Below are positions 1-11,954 of a DNA stretch of 64,000 nucleotides, piece after piece. Under the pieces are notes generated by a model. The model was not told where the DNA came from, did no database searches, and was given only the letters and a program-made list of their open reading frames with translations. The number at the start of each line of letters is the position of its first letter. The stretch's first letter is position 1. Where the stretch lies: assembly GCF_000981445.1 (NCBI RefSeq), contig NC_027218.1, forward strand, positions 806,001 through 870,000, given 5' to 3'. The position numbers and the translations under genes are program-made. The DNA comes from Babesia bigemina. Lineage: Eukaryota.

Positions 1-332
1 ACCAATATACGTCTGCTTACAGTTCTAAAGCGACGTGGGAGGCTTCGTGCGCGAAGGACCCGGAAGCCTGCGCCGTGGTCCTCGTGGGCATCGCACCAAT
101 GTTATACACCGGCCTACGGCATTTGCGGACTGCAAGCAGTGAACAAGCCGGGCTATTACAAATATTTTATGGAAAAAAGAGTTTGATGAATTTGTTGAAT
201 GCAGCGGGTTACAATGAGTCGGAATGCCGCTCTGGGATAAGTGCGGGAAATGTCGTCAATGCATTGAGGGGTGTGAATGACAGCGTGTTGTACATTCTCT
301 ACGACCTCGCTGGATTCTGGGCTTTCTATTGA
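1..332 (+). CDS. 3' end of a short ves-related (VESA-like, TM-less) protein, partial
   Basis: The frame is open from base 3: QYTSAYSSKATWEASCAKDPEACAVVLVGIAPMLY...LYDLAGFWAFY*. YxSAY...W...CA.(V/I) is a VESA-type motif, and I recall the YDLAGFWAFY ending from the short ves-like family of B. bigemina/ovata. Confidence 0.75.
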   Translation, partial: QYTSAYSSKATWEASCAKDPEACAVVLVGIAPMLYTGLRHLRTASSEQAGLLQIFYGKKSLMNLLNAAGYNESECRSGISAGNVVNALRGVNDSVLYILYDLAGFWAFY

Positions 333-1572
333 TTGCGAATTGTCTGTGACCTGAGCAAACAGATCGTTAAAACACGATATTGCGTCAGCTTCTCCGTTGA
401 GTGCTTGTAGTATCTCACAAAATCATTTTAATTTTTCAACGTAGTTTTAGCCATTATGATGTATACACGCTTAATCTACGATGGCATTGATGTTGAATGA
501 GCCTAACAGTTTTTTTCAATGCCTCTTTAATCTACTTAATGCCGCACTTCGGCGTCGGAGGTGTGATAAGCAATAAGTCCGGTAAACACACGGCACGTAT
601 CAACTGTTCATGTCGATACAGTGAAGTGGTAACGAGGTGAACGCCAAGATTTAGCCCGACCCAAACGTGGCGACCTACACTGATACAGGCAAGTACAAAC
701 ACGAATGGGCATAAACCCATACTTACGTAGCAGCTTACACCGCTATATGCGAAAGGAAATAGATGTTACACCGCATCTGATTTGTAAACGACTTGAATTT
801 CAATAGTTTTACAGCATAGATTACGTTACTCCCTTGAGAGATAAATAAAGCTATTACGCATGGGTCTTGATGGGATGCACAGAAACAGTGACCCAATCCT
901 ATTCGGATGGACTAAAAGGTCCATTTAGTTCGGCCACTTCACCCATTTTCGCCGCTTTACAGTATAATGCTGCGTTAGGCTGCCGCCTGTTTAGCTAAAA
1001 GCAGTTCAGAAATAGTTTGCATCTGATTTTACCAACAAAGAGATGCGAAGTACGTGCTATTGTGTTAAGATATATATGCGGTATACACTGTTATACGTAA
1101 TGACCGTTCAACCTTTCGATCGTTGGAAAATATAAGGTTCGATGTCTAACCGACAGCAACACAACGGAGGTCAGTATATAACATAGCAACAGCGTGTGGA
1201 ACCGCAACGAGTTTTAGATTGTTGTACACATCCAGATGACCAAATATATGTCAACAACGCTATGTAGACACGTGATTGTACAATAAACCAGCTGTTGTAT
1301 GACACGTTGCTCCGGGAAAAGAGGTGATAACCCCGATTTGAATTACACACAACACACAATTTAAAACTTCCACTAAAGACATAGGCGCTGATATATCGAT
1401 TAACCTGGAAAATGGAAGTGTTGACGTGACTCTGGTCGGCGGTTCGCCTCTGCGGCGTACGTAACCATATAACAAAGAAGGAATTATGCGGCACTTTACC
1501 ACTAATTGATTTTTGTAATGTGTATTTCAAACGATAGTTCTATGCACAAAAGTATCTCTATCCTTTGATAAA

Positions 1573-3005
1573 ATGAATTTGTTGCTTAAGCAATGTAATG
1601 GCGCCTTCATTGAGCGCATATCGGTTTCCGAAGATGCAACCGTTAAGGATTTGAAGCAGTTGTTCTACGAAAAATGTTGGTTGTTTCATACGAGGCCTTA
1701 AAATTGTGCAGTTCACTTCTATCCGCAAAGGCAGCAGTGGAACCTTGGTTCAGGTGAGTTACGCGCGACGTCGTTGTACATAGACACGCCGAAGCATATT
1801 TAACGCAATGTGTATGATAATACAGCTGATGGACCGCGGATTGTTGAAGGTACGCTGAAGCAGTGCGGCGTCCTTGAGGACTCATCGCTATATTTCAAGG
1901 ATCTAGGTGAGTTGGTCGGAGTTTGAGGGAGAATCCGATACGATACATGCGAGTGACTGTGCTCATTGGTGTTATGGATATCCACTAGGTCATATTTGTG
2001 TTGTCTTTTATCGTCCAGGGCTCATGCCCCTTGTGGTATACTGTTCTCGCTAACGGAGAGCGTTTACGTAATAGTTTGTACCTACACACTGTTGGTGTGG
2101 TTGATGAAAGAGGGATATAAGCCCGTGTGCTTGATGTTTGTTTTTATGCCACCAATATCTGTTGTAGGTGTGCAGATCTCCTGGAGATTGGTCTTCTTCT
2201 TGGAGTACATCGGGCCGTTGATGATATTGCCCGTGCTCTACCACTTCCCTTGGATATTCTACGGCTCGCACGTCGCCCCTAAGAGCAATGTACAATTCTG
2301 GACGTACTGCATGCTAATGTTCCACTTTATGAAGCGCGAAGTCGAGTCCATCTTCGTGCACCGGTTTTCCAAGACCACCATGCCCATTATCAACCTTTTC
2401 ACAAATTGTTTCCACTACTGGTAGGTCAACATCTGGGGAACGCAGCCATATATTTGCAGGGTTTTGTGCGCTTGTGGCATCGGCTACTACGTCTTCCACC
2501 CGAGATACACTGAGATCAGGTTGTTTTGCAGGCACGAAAAGGTGTTGCTGGTGTTGATGTTCTTCTTCTTCCAGTTCATGACCTTCATGACGCACATCAC
2601 TCTGCGCAACTTGAGGCCTAAAGGTGAGCATACGTTTGTGCTGCCACCTTTGGTTGCGCTTTCGCAACCCAGATTTTGTGTGTTGCGCCATCTGGGAATC
2701 GCGACGTAGTTACCTATACATGTTGATGCGTCTTATTTTCGCCTTTTAAGTTTGTTGCAGCAACCAAAGTGAGGGGCATCCCGCAGAACTGGGGTTTCCA
2801 GTATGTCAGCTGTGCCAACTATTTCTGGGAACTGCTCATATGGGTCGTTGTGGCTCTATTCACAAACACGGTGCCCGCGTACTTCTTCACCTTCGCTGTG
2901 GCGACTATTCTGTGCAACTGGGCCAAGAAGAAGCACCAAAGGTATATTAAGGAATTCCCCCATTACGACAAGACCAAGAAAGCCATCATCCCCTTTGTTT
3001 ACTGA
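1573..3005 (+). CDS. TECR: Very-long-chain trans-2,3-enoyl-CoA reductase (steroid 5-alpha-reductase family), multi-exon
   Basis: Spliced reading: MNLLLKQCNG...ATVKDLKQLFYEK (Ubl-like N-term) / FHFYPQRQQW / LYFKDLG / VQISWRLVFFLEYIGP...HFMKREVESIFVHRFSKTTMP...NCFHYW / ...HITLRNLRPK / RGIPQNWGFQYVSCANYFWE...KAIIPFVY*. GT-AG introns separate the exons. Confidence 0.92.
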
Positions 3006-3534
3006 TGATTTGGGATACAAACACACGGGACAGTCACAATATGTAGCCGCGCCAAATGGCACACTCTACGCGAAACATTGCGCTACCCTGAAAACAATGA
3101 GGAATATTCATAGGGGCGTTGCCATTAAGGTATTAGCAGTCACTACGTGAAACAGACAAATGGAGTTCAACGATTGGCAGTTGTATGTTATGCGTTGGTT
3201 GCGGTGCGCCACATCAGCGAAACTGACGCTACGACTGGATTGGAGTGCCCACCCTTGCGTAACGCGTCTTACCGTGAGTGTAATCATGTACCGGCCAGTA
3301 AGCCATTGCGTCGCTGATGGCGGCGTGACGATCGCAAACAACCGACATTGATATAATGAAAAGTATGCGATATTATTCATACTTAGGTTGACAGATTTAT
3401 TAAACATAATGCCATCGCGAACAGAGCTCGCCCACTCCGGGTCGGGTACTGAACAGTGCCGTTGCGCAATGCAGATACATTAAATCTTATACGTGTCGAA
3501 AGGCCGCCTAAGCGCACGACACTCCCTTTTTTGA

Positions 3535-5574
3535 TCAATTGATGCACCCGCCCGGTTGACTGCCTTGGTCGCCCACGATGCTGAAGTTTTTGCACTCCTG
3601 GCTTGTTATCAGCCTGATCTTTTCCCGCAGGTATTCCAGCGAGTCCCTGTTAGACACCCTCGATACCTTTTCTAGAAGCCAGTTCTTGGGTTTGAAAGGG
3701 CTGGGCACCTCGCTCAAGTCGTCCGTGGTTAGGCCCCTGCCTTCCGACATTTCCACGTAGTTCGGAGTGGAGCCGTCCACACTGTATACTGTCGAGTGGT
3801 CCAGCGTGTAGGTGTTCCTGGCGCTCATATCGTCCCTTGTGGAAGGGGTTATTTTGCCATACACGGTGGTGCTGCGATTATCCTCGGCGGGCTTGCCGCC
3901 TTGTTCGTCACCGTTATCCGATGTTGCGGTTGCGCCCAGCGGGTTCGGTCCTGCGCCGTATGGAAGGCCTTCGGTCGTTTCGAAGATGCTCTTGTGGGCG
4001 TCACACAGCGCCTTTGGTCCCCCGTCGGCAGTGACGGCCCTTTTGGTCATGCAGCTCATGGACCCCAACGTTTCGACGTTCATCGTGCCCTCCACAGCAC
4101 GGTCGCTGCAGCAGTCGTTTAGTTTCACGTCGTTGCCGCTGCGCGTCGTACTCGCGAATTCCGACGCGGCCAAGGGCGTATCGTTGAAAACGTGGAAGAA
4201 GACGAATTCGTCCCTGCTCACGCAGGAAGCCTTTGAGCTGCACGAACCCCGCGTGCTGCACGTGTCAGCCGTGTCCGTTTTGAAGAGCGTCTTGGTCCTT
4301 ATCCTGTTGTTGATTTCGATCAGCGATAGGTTTTGCGATTTCAGGTTGGAGTTGGTTTCGTAGAGCCTCCTGAGGTCCCCTCTAGCCTTCTTGAGCTCCT
4401 CCTTCAATTCCTCGTTCTCTTTCCTGAGGAAGGTCTGTTCCGTCTTCTGCGCCTCGATGACCTTGTAGCACGAGAACAGGTTGTCGTTGATATGCGTGAT
4501 GTCCTTTTGGAGCTGCGCCATGTTGGAGAGCATCTCCGCCTTTCGTTTCTCGTGCTCTTCCAGCTCGTTTTGGTGCATCACCTTCACCACGTCAAGCTCG
4601 TCCTTACTGTTCTTGAGCTCTTCCGCGTACTTTGCGATCCTTTGCTGAAGCGTCATCTTGTCCCTTATGTTCTCTTCGTTGTGCTTGCGCTCGATCGCCA
4701 GTGAGTTTTCCAACTCCTCGACATTCAACTTCGCTTCTTCTAGACGCTGCTTCAGCTGCGTCGTGCTTTCCACTAGGGATTTGAGGCGCTCGTTTTCTTG
4801 CCTGAGGAGCTCCAGTTCCTCCGTGTCCCGGTTAACCGCCTCCACAGGTTCTTGGACGAGACGAATTGGTATTACGGATCGTTCCAGATCAACCAAAGCG
4901 ATCGCTCGTTTAGAATAGGCCGCGTCGATAGAGTTGAACCTGTTCCTGAACCACTCCATAACTTGGGCGTTCGATCGCAGGACGAGCTCGGAGTACGCCT
5001 CTGCCGCACGCAGCCGCGAGCGGCCAAGGCCGCCAGTTTCGCAGTCAAATGGCAACCTGTTACGAGCGCTGCTCCACGTCGTGTATGGCGAGAAGTCATC
5101 CGCGGCACCGGCAGGTTGGGTCACAGCAGAGGTGTTGGCGTAGTGATTTTCAGCAGTAACATGGCCTGGATCCTCACTGCGTGTCCGCTGCATCCGCTCC
5201 CTCAACTTCTTCGCCTCGTACAGCACCCTGTCTGAAAAGGTGAGTTTCCTGGGTTCCCTCCCAAGTGCCATCACGTCGCCTCTGGTTCGGTCGACATTGT
5301 CGGCGATTGGAGCCCCCGAGATGTGCGAACCCTGCACACTACGACCTTCCACGCCGACCTCATCACGAAAGATATCGACGAAACTCAACGCGCTGGTTTC
5401 CCGTTCAGTGTGTGCGCCCCTGGCAGAAGACTGCTCAGATAGCCCGCAGTGGACCACGGCGCCGCTCTCTAACTTGGGTGCGTCCACAACACCATTGTCT
5501 ACTGACATGCTCTCCATGTTAGGACGGCCCACGCTACTTGGATTTTGTAGCGACGTGCTGTCGCCGCCTTCCAT
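3535..5574 (-). CDS. Hypothetical protein with central coiled coil (679 aa)
   Basis: Long ORF with E/K/L/Q heptad-rich middle (LRQENERLKSL...LKEELKKARGDL); no family recognised. Confidence 0.8.
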   Translation of the reverse strand: MEGGDSTSLQNPSSVGRPNMESMSVDNGVVDAPKLESGAVVHCGLSEQSSARGAHTERETSALSFVDIFRDEVGVEGRSVQGSHISGAPIADNVDRTRGDVMALGREPRKLTFSDRVLYEAKKLRERMQRTRSEDPGHVTAENHYANTSAVTQPAGAADDFSPYTTWSSARNRLPFDCETGGLGRSRLRAAEAYSELVLRSNAQVMEWFRNRFNSIDAAYSKRAIALVDLERSVIPIRLVQEPVEAVNRDTEELELLRQENERLKSLVESTTQLKQRLEEAKLNVEELENSLAIERKHNEENIRDKMTLQQRIAKYAEELKNSKDELDVVKVMHQNELEEHEKRKAEMLSNMAQLQKDITHINDNLFSCYKVIEAQKTEQTFLRKENEELKEELKKARGDLRRLYETNSNLKSQNLSLIEINNRIRTKTLFKTDTADTCSTRGSCSSKASCVSRDEFVFFHVFNDTPLAASEFASTTRSGNDVKLNDCCSDRAVEGTMNVETLGSMSCMTKRAVTADGGPKALCDAHKSIFETTEGLPYGAGPNPLGATATSDNGDEQGGKPAEDNRSTTVYGKITPSTRDDMSARNTYTLDHSTVYSVDGSTPNYVEMSEGRGLTTDDLSEVPSPFKPKNWLLEKVSRVSNRDSLEYLREKIRLITSQECKNFSIVGDQGSQPGGCIN

Positions 5575-6076
5575 CGGCGTTATTCCGCCGGTGCGTCGCC
5601 TGTATGTCGCGGCCCTGGAAGTTCGCCGTTGACTTAGAAGGCCGTCTCGACGTATATCATAAAGTTGTTGCCCTTATAGGCAACGCGGAATGGTCCGTTA
5701 ATGGACTGTGGCGGCGCTCTGGCAGCCGCACATTAACCACGCCGACCATCACGCGCTTTGTGTACGGTGTGTAACGGCCGAGTAACGACACACATTCCTA
5801 CACACTTGTGTGTTATCGCGTGAGGAAGACAGTAAGCTAACAGTTTATCGGTATCACAGTGACAGCCACAATTTAGACACCATCTGTGGACCACCGCAGG
5901 AGGCCGTATTCCTCGACTGCCACAAACACACAGACACTTATTAGGTCACAAATACCAAGACTAACGAATCAAACACCGGTGTGTACGTTATTGCCGTTGT
6001 AACGAGAGCGTCAGATTGGCGCCCTCGCACATCACCCGTGTATGCTTCATGCGATGCTCCAGCACCTCCCACTGCA

Positions 6077-6358
6077 TCAAATGGGCGGCTTGTGTGACAC
6101 CAGTTTCGACAGGAAGTCCTTTCTGGCTTCCTTGAGGTGCTTGACGACGTAGGCCAGCACCGTCGGATCCACGCCCTTCTCGCACAGTCCGACGAGGATA
6201 GACACGGTTTCCCTATCCAACCCGGTGTTCAGTATTCTGGAAATCTCGAATATGATGTCCATGCCTTCCTCCTTAATGCCGCCGTCATCGTCATCGCGGC
6301 TCACGTCGGATTCCGCGGTCGCGAACGACTCCTGCCGCTTCCCAGATCTAGGAACCAT
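6077..6358 (-). CDS. MZT1: Mitotic-spindle organizing protein 1 (MOZART1, gamma-tubulin complex)
   Basis: [42 protein letters not shown] matches the MOZART1 consensus (LxEISxLLNTGLDxExLxxCxxLCExGVNPEALAxVIKEL). Confidence 0.88.
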   Translation of the reverse strand: MVPRSGKRQESFATAESDVSRDDDDGGIKEEGMDIIFEISRILNTGLDRETVSILVGLCEKGVDPTVLAYVVKHLKEARKDFLSKLVSHKPPI

Positions 6359-6802
6359 TGCGGCCTGTGTTTGTTGCGATAGTTGCGAGCGTGGGTTGAT
6401 ACGCCCGGCAGATTGCGACTCTTATCGAGAGGTCCACGTGGCCACGCGCGCCAAGTCTCCCGCGTCTAACCTGCTTCTAGCGGGCCGTCCCGTAGCTCAG
6501 TGTGAAACCATTTAACATTTGTTGTACAATCCGCTACGCCGCATTGGATGCGGTTTTAACCTTGTCTTTTGTCTGCTAATTGGATACGCCTCCCACACCC
6601 TCCATTATACGAGCAATGCGGTTCCGGCAACCACTCAAGAGCCGTCATTGCATGATGTGTACAATATTTCGCATCGCTGGGTGAACAGAGACGCGATGTG
6701 TGTATGATTAGGTTCCTTAGGGGCCACAGACGCGCGGATGTGTAGACAGTTATACGTAGATGTGTAGGCGGTTTTGAGCGTGCCGCGCGCTCGTTGTGAA
6801 GA

Positions 6803-9800
6803 ATGGACCCGCACAAGGTTAACGACGGCTTTGGCGACGCGGTGGACAAGCTGATGATGACCGCCGACATCGAGAACCGCGGCTGCCAGCTCGTGTCTTC
6901 GCCTCCCAGCGCCTCCTCCGAAACCGACCATATAACCGAGATGCAGAGGCTGAAGACACTGCTGGCGTCGCCACCCGGTGGAGTGCCGGTGGATATGACG
7001 GGGGCAGACCCCTTGGTACGTTATGGCTCCCAGCATGGCAAGCACGTGTCCGCCGAATCCCCTGGAGCAGCCGGGTCAGGGAACCGCGGCGGCGTCGAGT
7101 TCCTGGCAAAGCAGCTGATGCACGGCAAAGGGTCGGGGGCCGCATCACCGGCGCAGCCCAACCTGTCTAACCGCTCGGACATGTCGTCGGCGCTGCTCAA
7201 GAGCGGGGAGGGCGCCAACGTGCTCAAGCATGCGGAGGCAGTTATCGAGTACCAGCGGGAGCGAATAAGCGCGCTGGAGTCGGCGGTGGAGAAGTTCAAC
7301 CAGGCGCTGGCACATACGAACAACATGCACAAGAACGAGCTCCAGCGACAGATGGACGAGAATGTGGCGCTGCGCCAGGAGATGCAGAAAGTGATCACAG
7401 AGTTCGAGGTGCTCTCGCAGCGCTACCAGATCGACATGAGCGAGACGGAGCAGCTGAAGAAGAAGGTTAACATATTCACGCACGACCTCGCAAAACGCGA
7501 GGACGAGTTGGCACGTTTGCAGGAGCAGATGCACCAGCTCCCGCTCGACAACAACGAGCTGAAGGCCAAGAACCGCATGCTGTCCAAGGAAATCGACCGG
7601 TTAAACCGCGAAATACGCGGACTTAACGTGCTGGACGCGAAGATCAACTCCAAGCCCGCCACGGCAGCGGTTGCCGGCACCACCATGGCGTGCGCCGCGC
7701 AGCACGAGAAGCTGAAGGCCAGCACCAAGTGCATCGCGCAGCTCGAAAACGACCTGCAGTCGTACAAGCGCCTCACAGAATCGCAGAGCATGGACATCAA
7801 ACGCCTACACCACCAGCTCGACAAGCTGCAGAAGGAGGCCAAGCCGAACAACTACCTGCTGGCGGCGCAACGGCAGATGTTGCAGATACGCTCCGTCTTC
7901 CTGCAGCTGGCCAAGCAGTCCACGCAGCCCAAGCCGGACGCAGCGCCGATCAGCGTCGACGAGGACCTGAACAACCGCTCCTTGTATGCCGCGTACAACA
8001 TGAAGGCGTCGGCCGAGTTCCGCGAGATGTACGACAAGCTGCTCGATGTGGTCAATCGCAACATGTCGCGGCACGTTATCGAAGGCGGGTTCTACACCAT
8101 GCCGGTGTTCTACAGCTGCGACTCGGTAAACGAGCAGCTCCACGTGAAGGTGGAGGAGTCCCTGCTGATATTCAGCCGCGAGGACGAGAACCAACTGACG
8201 GAGGTGTTGCGGATCCCGCTGAGCATGGTGCTGGGCGTGAAGAAGAAGGCGGACGCCAAGGAGTTCTACATCCACACCAACGATTCGGCGGTGCACATAT
8301 TGCGCTCGGACAGCAGGGACATATACAACCGGCTCTACTACGCGCTGCAGTACGCCGGCTTCATCAGCGAGCAGGTGAGGTTCTCCATTTTCAGCAAGGT
8401 CGACCTTAACTGGGTGCCGACGGACTGCAGCTGGCCGCTGAACAGCGCCGTCGTCGTAGCGACGGAGTCGGGGTACAAGGGCCCCCCTCCGATGAACATG
8501 GAGCATGTGCGGCGCGCATTGGCCGAGGTGTACGTGCTAACCGACCCCACGGAGCGGCTGCTGACGATCGACCAGAATTCGAATTCGCTCGTGGTTTCAG
8601 GCCCGCAGATGTCAGCGACGCCGTTCATTGTCCCCTGCGACGGCGCCATGGCCGTGCGGCTCTGCGACCCCGCGCATGTCGACTGCGACGAGTTCACGCC
8701 TGCGGACCCTCCCGTCGCAACCCTGGCCAATGGCACGCCAACGACCTCGTACTTCGTCAACTCAGGGCACGTGTTTGCGTTCGTGGCGGTCGGCAACCGC
8801 ATCCTCTTCGTGAAGGGCGCCACTGCGGACGACGAAAGGCGGCTCCTGTCGCTCCTGCGCAAGGGCGTGTACAAGAGGCCCATTGAGTCCTCTGAGTACC
8901 TCGCAGAGACGCCTGCGCGCATCACCTCGCGCAAATCGACGCACTTGGACCACCCCATCTCCCTGAGCGCACCCTCCTTCATCATCCGGTCGCGGGACAC
9001 CATGGAACTGCCCACGTCCATGGCCGAAACCGTGGCGCCCAAGTTGTACGACTTCGTGGATGGCAAGTTGGTGCTCTACACGCAGCAGGAGGAGCACACC
9101 GTGCTGGAGAAAGACAACGGCAGTTACCGCGTGAACGCGGATACACGCGAGGTGGCGCTGTTGTCGGGTTCCCTGGAAACGTACGTCTTGAGTTTCCGCA
9201 CCGACGAGGAGCTGCGCGAATTCACCAGCAAGCTCGAGGCGCAAGGATTCGCCCAGCCGAACGTGGTTGAAGTGCACCAGCAGGTCTGCATTGTGACGGC
9301 GGGCTGCTTGCGGCTGTACAAGGACGCCCAGGACGCCCCCATAGTGACCTTCGACAACCAGGACACGGAAGTCGACGTCAACGAGGAGCGCCGCGAGATC
9401 AAGATAACCAACGCGAAGGACGAAAGCGTGAAGATGACCATAGATTGCGTCAGCCCTGCTGAGTTCCGCCGCTGGAAGTTTGCATTGGGATTAGCGGGCT
9501 TCATTAAGGGCATTATCAGGGCTCGCACGGGCGACGCCCTCAAAAAGTACATCTTCCCGATCAAGATTTTCGACGACGAAATCCAGTCAGAGCGCCGCGC
9601 GTTCCAGGTCGAACCGGGCCGCATTTGCTTGTACGTCAACCCTACGATCGCCACGCCCTTCCTGGTCTTCGACAAGTCCAAGTCGGCTCTCGAGCTGTTC
9701 GACCACGAGCGCCGTCTGCGCCTGTACGTGAACCGCAACACGAAAATGGAGGAGCGCTTTGATTTCGGCCTGGCCATGCTTACCGACTACCAGTTGCTGA

Positions 9801-10186
9801 AGACGGCGCTGCGTGAAAACGGCTACGTCACGGAGCCGGTGAAGGGCAAGGTCACCCGATACCACTTCGTCATTTCCAAGCCGGGCTTGATCTCAGTTCA
9901 CCGCACCAAGTTCGACGCCGACCCGCAGCTGGTGCTCGAGCGCAAGCTCTACACCGCCGAGGTCACCAACATGTGCATCAAGTTCGTCACCAAGGGCGAC
10001 ACCGGCAAGACCATCACAATCCTGTTCAAGAAGGAGTTCAACTTCAAGCGCTGGCTGATGGCGTTGAAGGTGGCCGGGTACCTGCCGCTGACTCCGGAGA
10101 CGGTGCCGGTGCTCTACCTGCCCACGATCATCTACGGCCACATCTGTGCCGAGATCCCGGCACTGTTGAAGGGCCATCTAAAGTGA
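6803..10186 (+). CDS. Coiled-coil protein with tandem PH-like domains (1127 aa), function unknown
   Basis: Single long GC3-rich ORF. N-terminal coiled coil, then about 6 beta-rich units, each ending in a helix such as FRRWKFALGLAGF, FKRWLMALKVAGY or YNRLYYALQYAGF. Confidence 0.85.
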   Translation: MDPHKVNDGFGDAVDKLMMTADIENRGCQLVSSPPSASSETDHITEMQRLKTLLASPPGGVPVDMTGADPLVRYGSQHGKHVSAESPGAAGSGNRGGVEFLAKQLMHGKGSGAASPAQPNLSNRSDMSSALLKSGEGANVLKHAEAVIEYQRERISALESAVEKFNQALAHTNNMHKNELQRQMDENVALRQEMQKVITEFEVLSQRYQIDMSETEQLKKKVNIFTHDLAKREDELARLQEQMHQLPLDNNELKAKNRMLSKEIDRLNREIRGLNVLDAKINSKPATAAVAGTTMACAAQHEKLKASTKCIAQLENDLQSYKRLTESQSMDIKRLHHQLDKLQKEAKPNNYLLAAQRQMLQIRSVFLQLAKQSTQPKPDAAPISVDEDLNNRSLYAAYNMKASAEFREMYDKLLDVVNRNMSRHVIEGGFYTMPVFYSCDSVNEQLHVKVEESLLIFSREDENQLTEVLRIPLSMVLGVKKKADAKEFYIHTNDSAVHILRSDSRDIYNRLYYALQYAGFISEQVRFSIFSKVDLNWVPTDCSWPLNSAVVVATESGYKGPPPMNMEHVRRALAEVYVLTDPTERLLTIDQNSNSLVVSGPQMSATPFIVPCDGAMAVRLCDPAHVDCDEFTPADPPVATLANGTPTTSYFVNSGHVFAFVAVGNRILFVKGATADDERRLLSLLRKGVYKRPIESSEYLAETPARITSRKSTHLDHPISLSAPSFIIRSRDTMELPTSMAETVAPKLYDFVDGKLVLYTQQEEHTVLEKDNGSYRVNADTREVALLSGSLETYVLSFRTDEELREFTSKLEAQGFAQPNVVEVHQQVCIVTAGCLRLYKDAQDAPIVTFDNQDTEVDVNEERREIKITNAKDESVKMTIDCVSPAEFRRWKFALGLAGFIKGIIRARTGDALKKYIFPIKIFDDEIQSERRAFQVEPGRICLYVNPTIATPFLVFDKSKSALELFDHERRLRLYVNRNTKMEERFDFGLAMLTDYQLLKTALRENGYVTEPVKGKVTRYHFVISKPGLISVHRTKFDADPQLVLERKLYTAEVTNMCIKFVTKGDTGKTITILFKKEFNFKRWLMALKVAGYLPLTPETVPVLYLPTIIYGHICAEIPALLKGHLK

Positions 10187-11066
10187 CCCAATCGCATTTA
10201 TATCCACGCTTACGGCCACTCACTGTAGTGGTGCCGCAGATCGGGAGTGGCATAACCAATCGATCCAGCTGCGCAGGATTCCGAACGCATTCCTGCTGCG
10301 GTGCGCTGAGGGCATCATTGCCACGTATCGCCAACATCGGTTTAATATTTTCGTATAGGTCTGAGTTATGTAGGTGTGGAAGATGGGCACTTGCCGAGCG
10401 TATGGGGTTACATGGTTTTTAGTGTCCTAAGCAGACGGAAACCAGGTCCGTGACGATCTTTGCGTGGGCCGCATCCAATCGACACTCCAACGATTTGCCA
10501 ACAATAACCATAACACATCTGTCAGACAGTGTTGCTAGTACACCATACGCTGCTGCGATGCTTTCGTGACCGACGTAAGGGCAACGACGGACACTGCGGA
10601 AGGCTGATGTGGCGTGCTGCACAAGGCGTGGCAATGCGCCGATATCTAAACTCCCCTTGCCCGCACAACTAGAGACGAACAGGGTTATGAGTGCAACGCA
10701 AATGCTCCACCAAACTGTCAGCCATAGCAATACGCAGTGGAGGCGAGCTTAGAACCGGCACGTAAAGCCAACGTAGCAATAGTTGCTAACTTAAGGCCGT
10801 AGAGCGCGATTCACAGATGAGGAGTACACATATGCGCGGTTATCGATGCTAGCAATCTAATAGCAAACATGTGCGGACAATCGCCGAGCTAATATACTAT
10901 GGAATCTCATGACGGAGGACGCAACACACCGTGGGGAAGACAGCCCTCTTACGACGCTGCAGCTGGAATTCAGAGCCATAAAATAATGCCGGCTGATATT
11001 GTGCAGTGATTTGCCAGCTCCTGCGCCCCTCAGCCGTTGTTTGTGTCAAACTTATGCCTTGCCACG

Positions 11067-11436
11067 ATGTCGTCTGAGGAGCAGCCCGTTAAGTGTACGT
11101 TTTCCTGCTTCCATGAGCGTCATAACTCGCAGCTGTCGGCGGCTGGATCGTGATGGTCACGGGCGTCCACGCAGAGGCCCAGGAGGAGGATGTACGCGAC
11201 GCGTTCGAGGGCTTCGGGCAGATAACGAGCGTCCATCTGAACTTGGATCGCCGCAGCGGCTACGCGAAGGGATACGCGTTGCTCGAGTTTGTGGAGGAGG
11301 AGGATGCTCGCAAGGCTGTTGAAAGTGAGTTGCTTTGTGGCGTGTCTTATGTTGAGCAGATATGAACGGCCAGCAGCTCTTGGGGCAAGAGGTGGCGGTC
11401 TCCTGGGTTTTTAAAAAGGCGCCGGCCTCAGAGTGA
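11067..11436 (+). CDS. RBM8A: Exon junction complex RRM protein Y14/RBM8A, 3 exons
   Basis: Spliced MSSEEQPVK/SVGGWIVMVTGVHAEAQEEDVRDAFEGFGQITSVHLNLDRRSGYAKGYALLEF.../MNGQQLLGQEVAVSWVFKK. It carries the hallmark HLNLDRR(T/S)GY.KGYAL motif. Confidence 0.92.
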
Positions 11437-11954
11437 TCTTTTCAATGGCGGATCTGCCGCGGAGCATCTCTGAGCGTGCTTCCGCCAAGGTGTCTGGACA
11501 CCCTCAAGTTATGTGATTGGGAGGCTCAGCATTTTCTCCACCAACAGGGCTACACATGACGTTAAACCGTGTCTAATATCGCCAAATGATGCTCGGATGC
11601 GTGGCAAAGCGCGCACTGTCCGAAGCTGATACCGGCCTCGGCGGCGGATCAGCGCATAACTTGAGGCGGAGTGGGCTGTCAGTTTCAAGCCGTTTATAAA
11701 CTTGCCAGTAAAATTCACTTGTGCATTCCGTACACGTTCCGTGGTGATTGCCGCTCCGCTGAGCTCCGTTCCCGAGTTGTGGTGTCTGTGGCGACGCCGC
11801 GACGCCGAGCATTGTTTGGGTGTGCTTCACTTGAAACGGCCAATCGCAACACCGACATTTAAAAAAACTACTGGGCAGGTCATGTCTGACGCGCGTGCGT
11901 GAGCCGTCGGGCCGGCGCTTCTTCGTTGCGTTGATTGCAGTACCTTAGGCCACG

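Noticed and set aside
532..1530. Possible multi-exon minus-strand gene upstream of TECR
   Set aside because: Some splice-like signals are present, but I could not build a confident coherent product or recognise a family.
10200..10990. Possible small minus-strand gene (ORF 10419-10730 with a hydrophobic start)
   Set aside because: Non-ATG start, no recognisable homology and unresolved exon structure.
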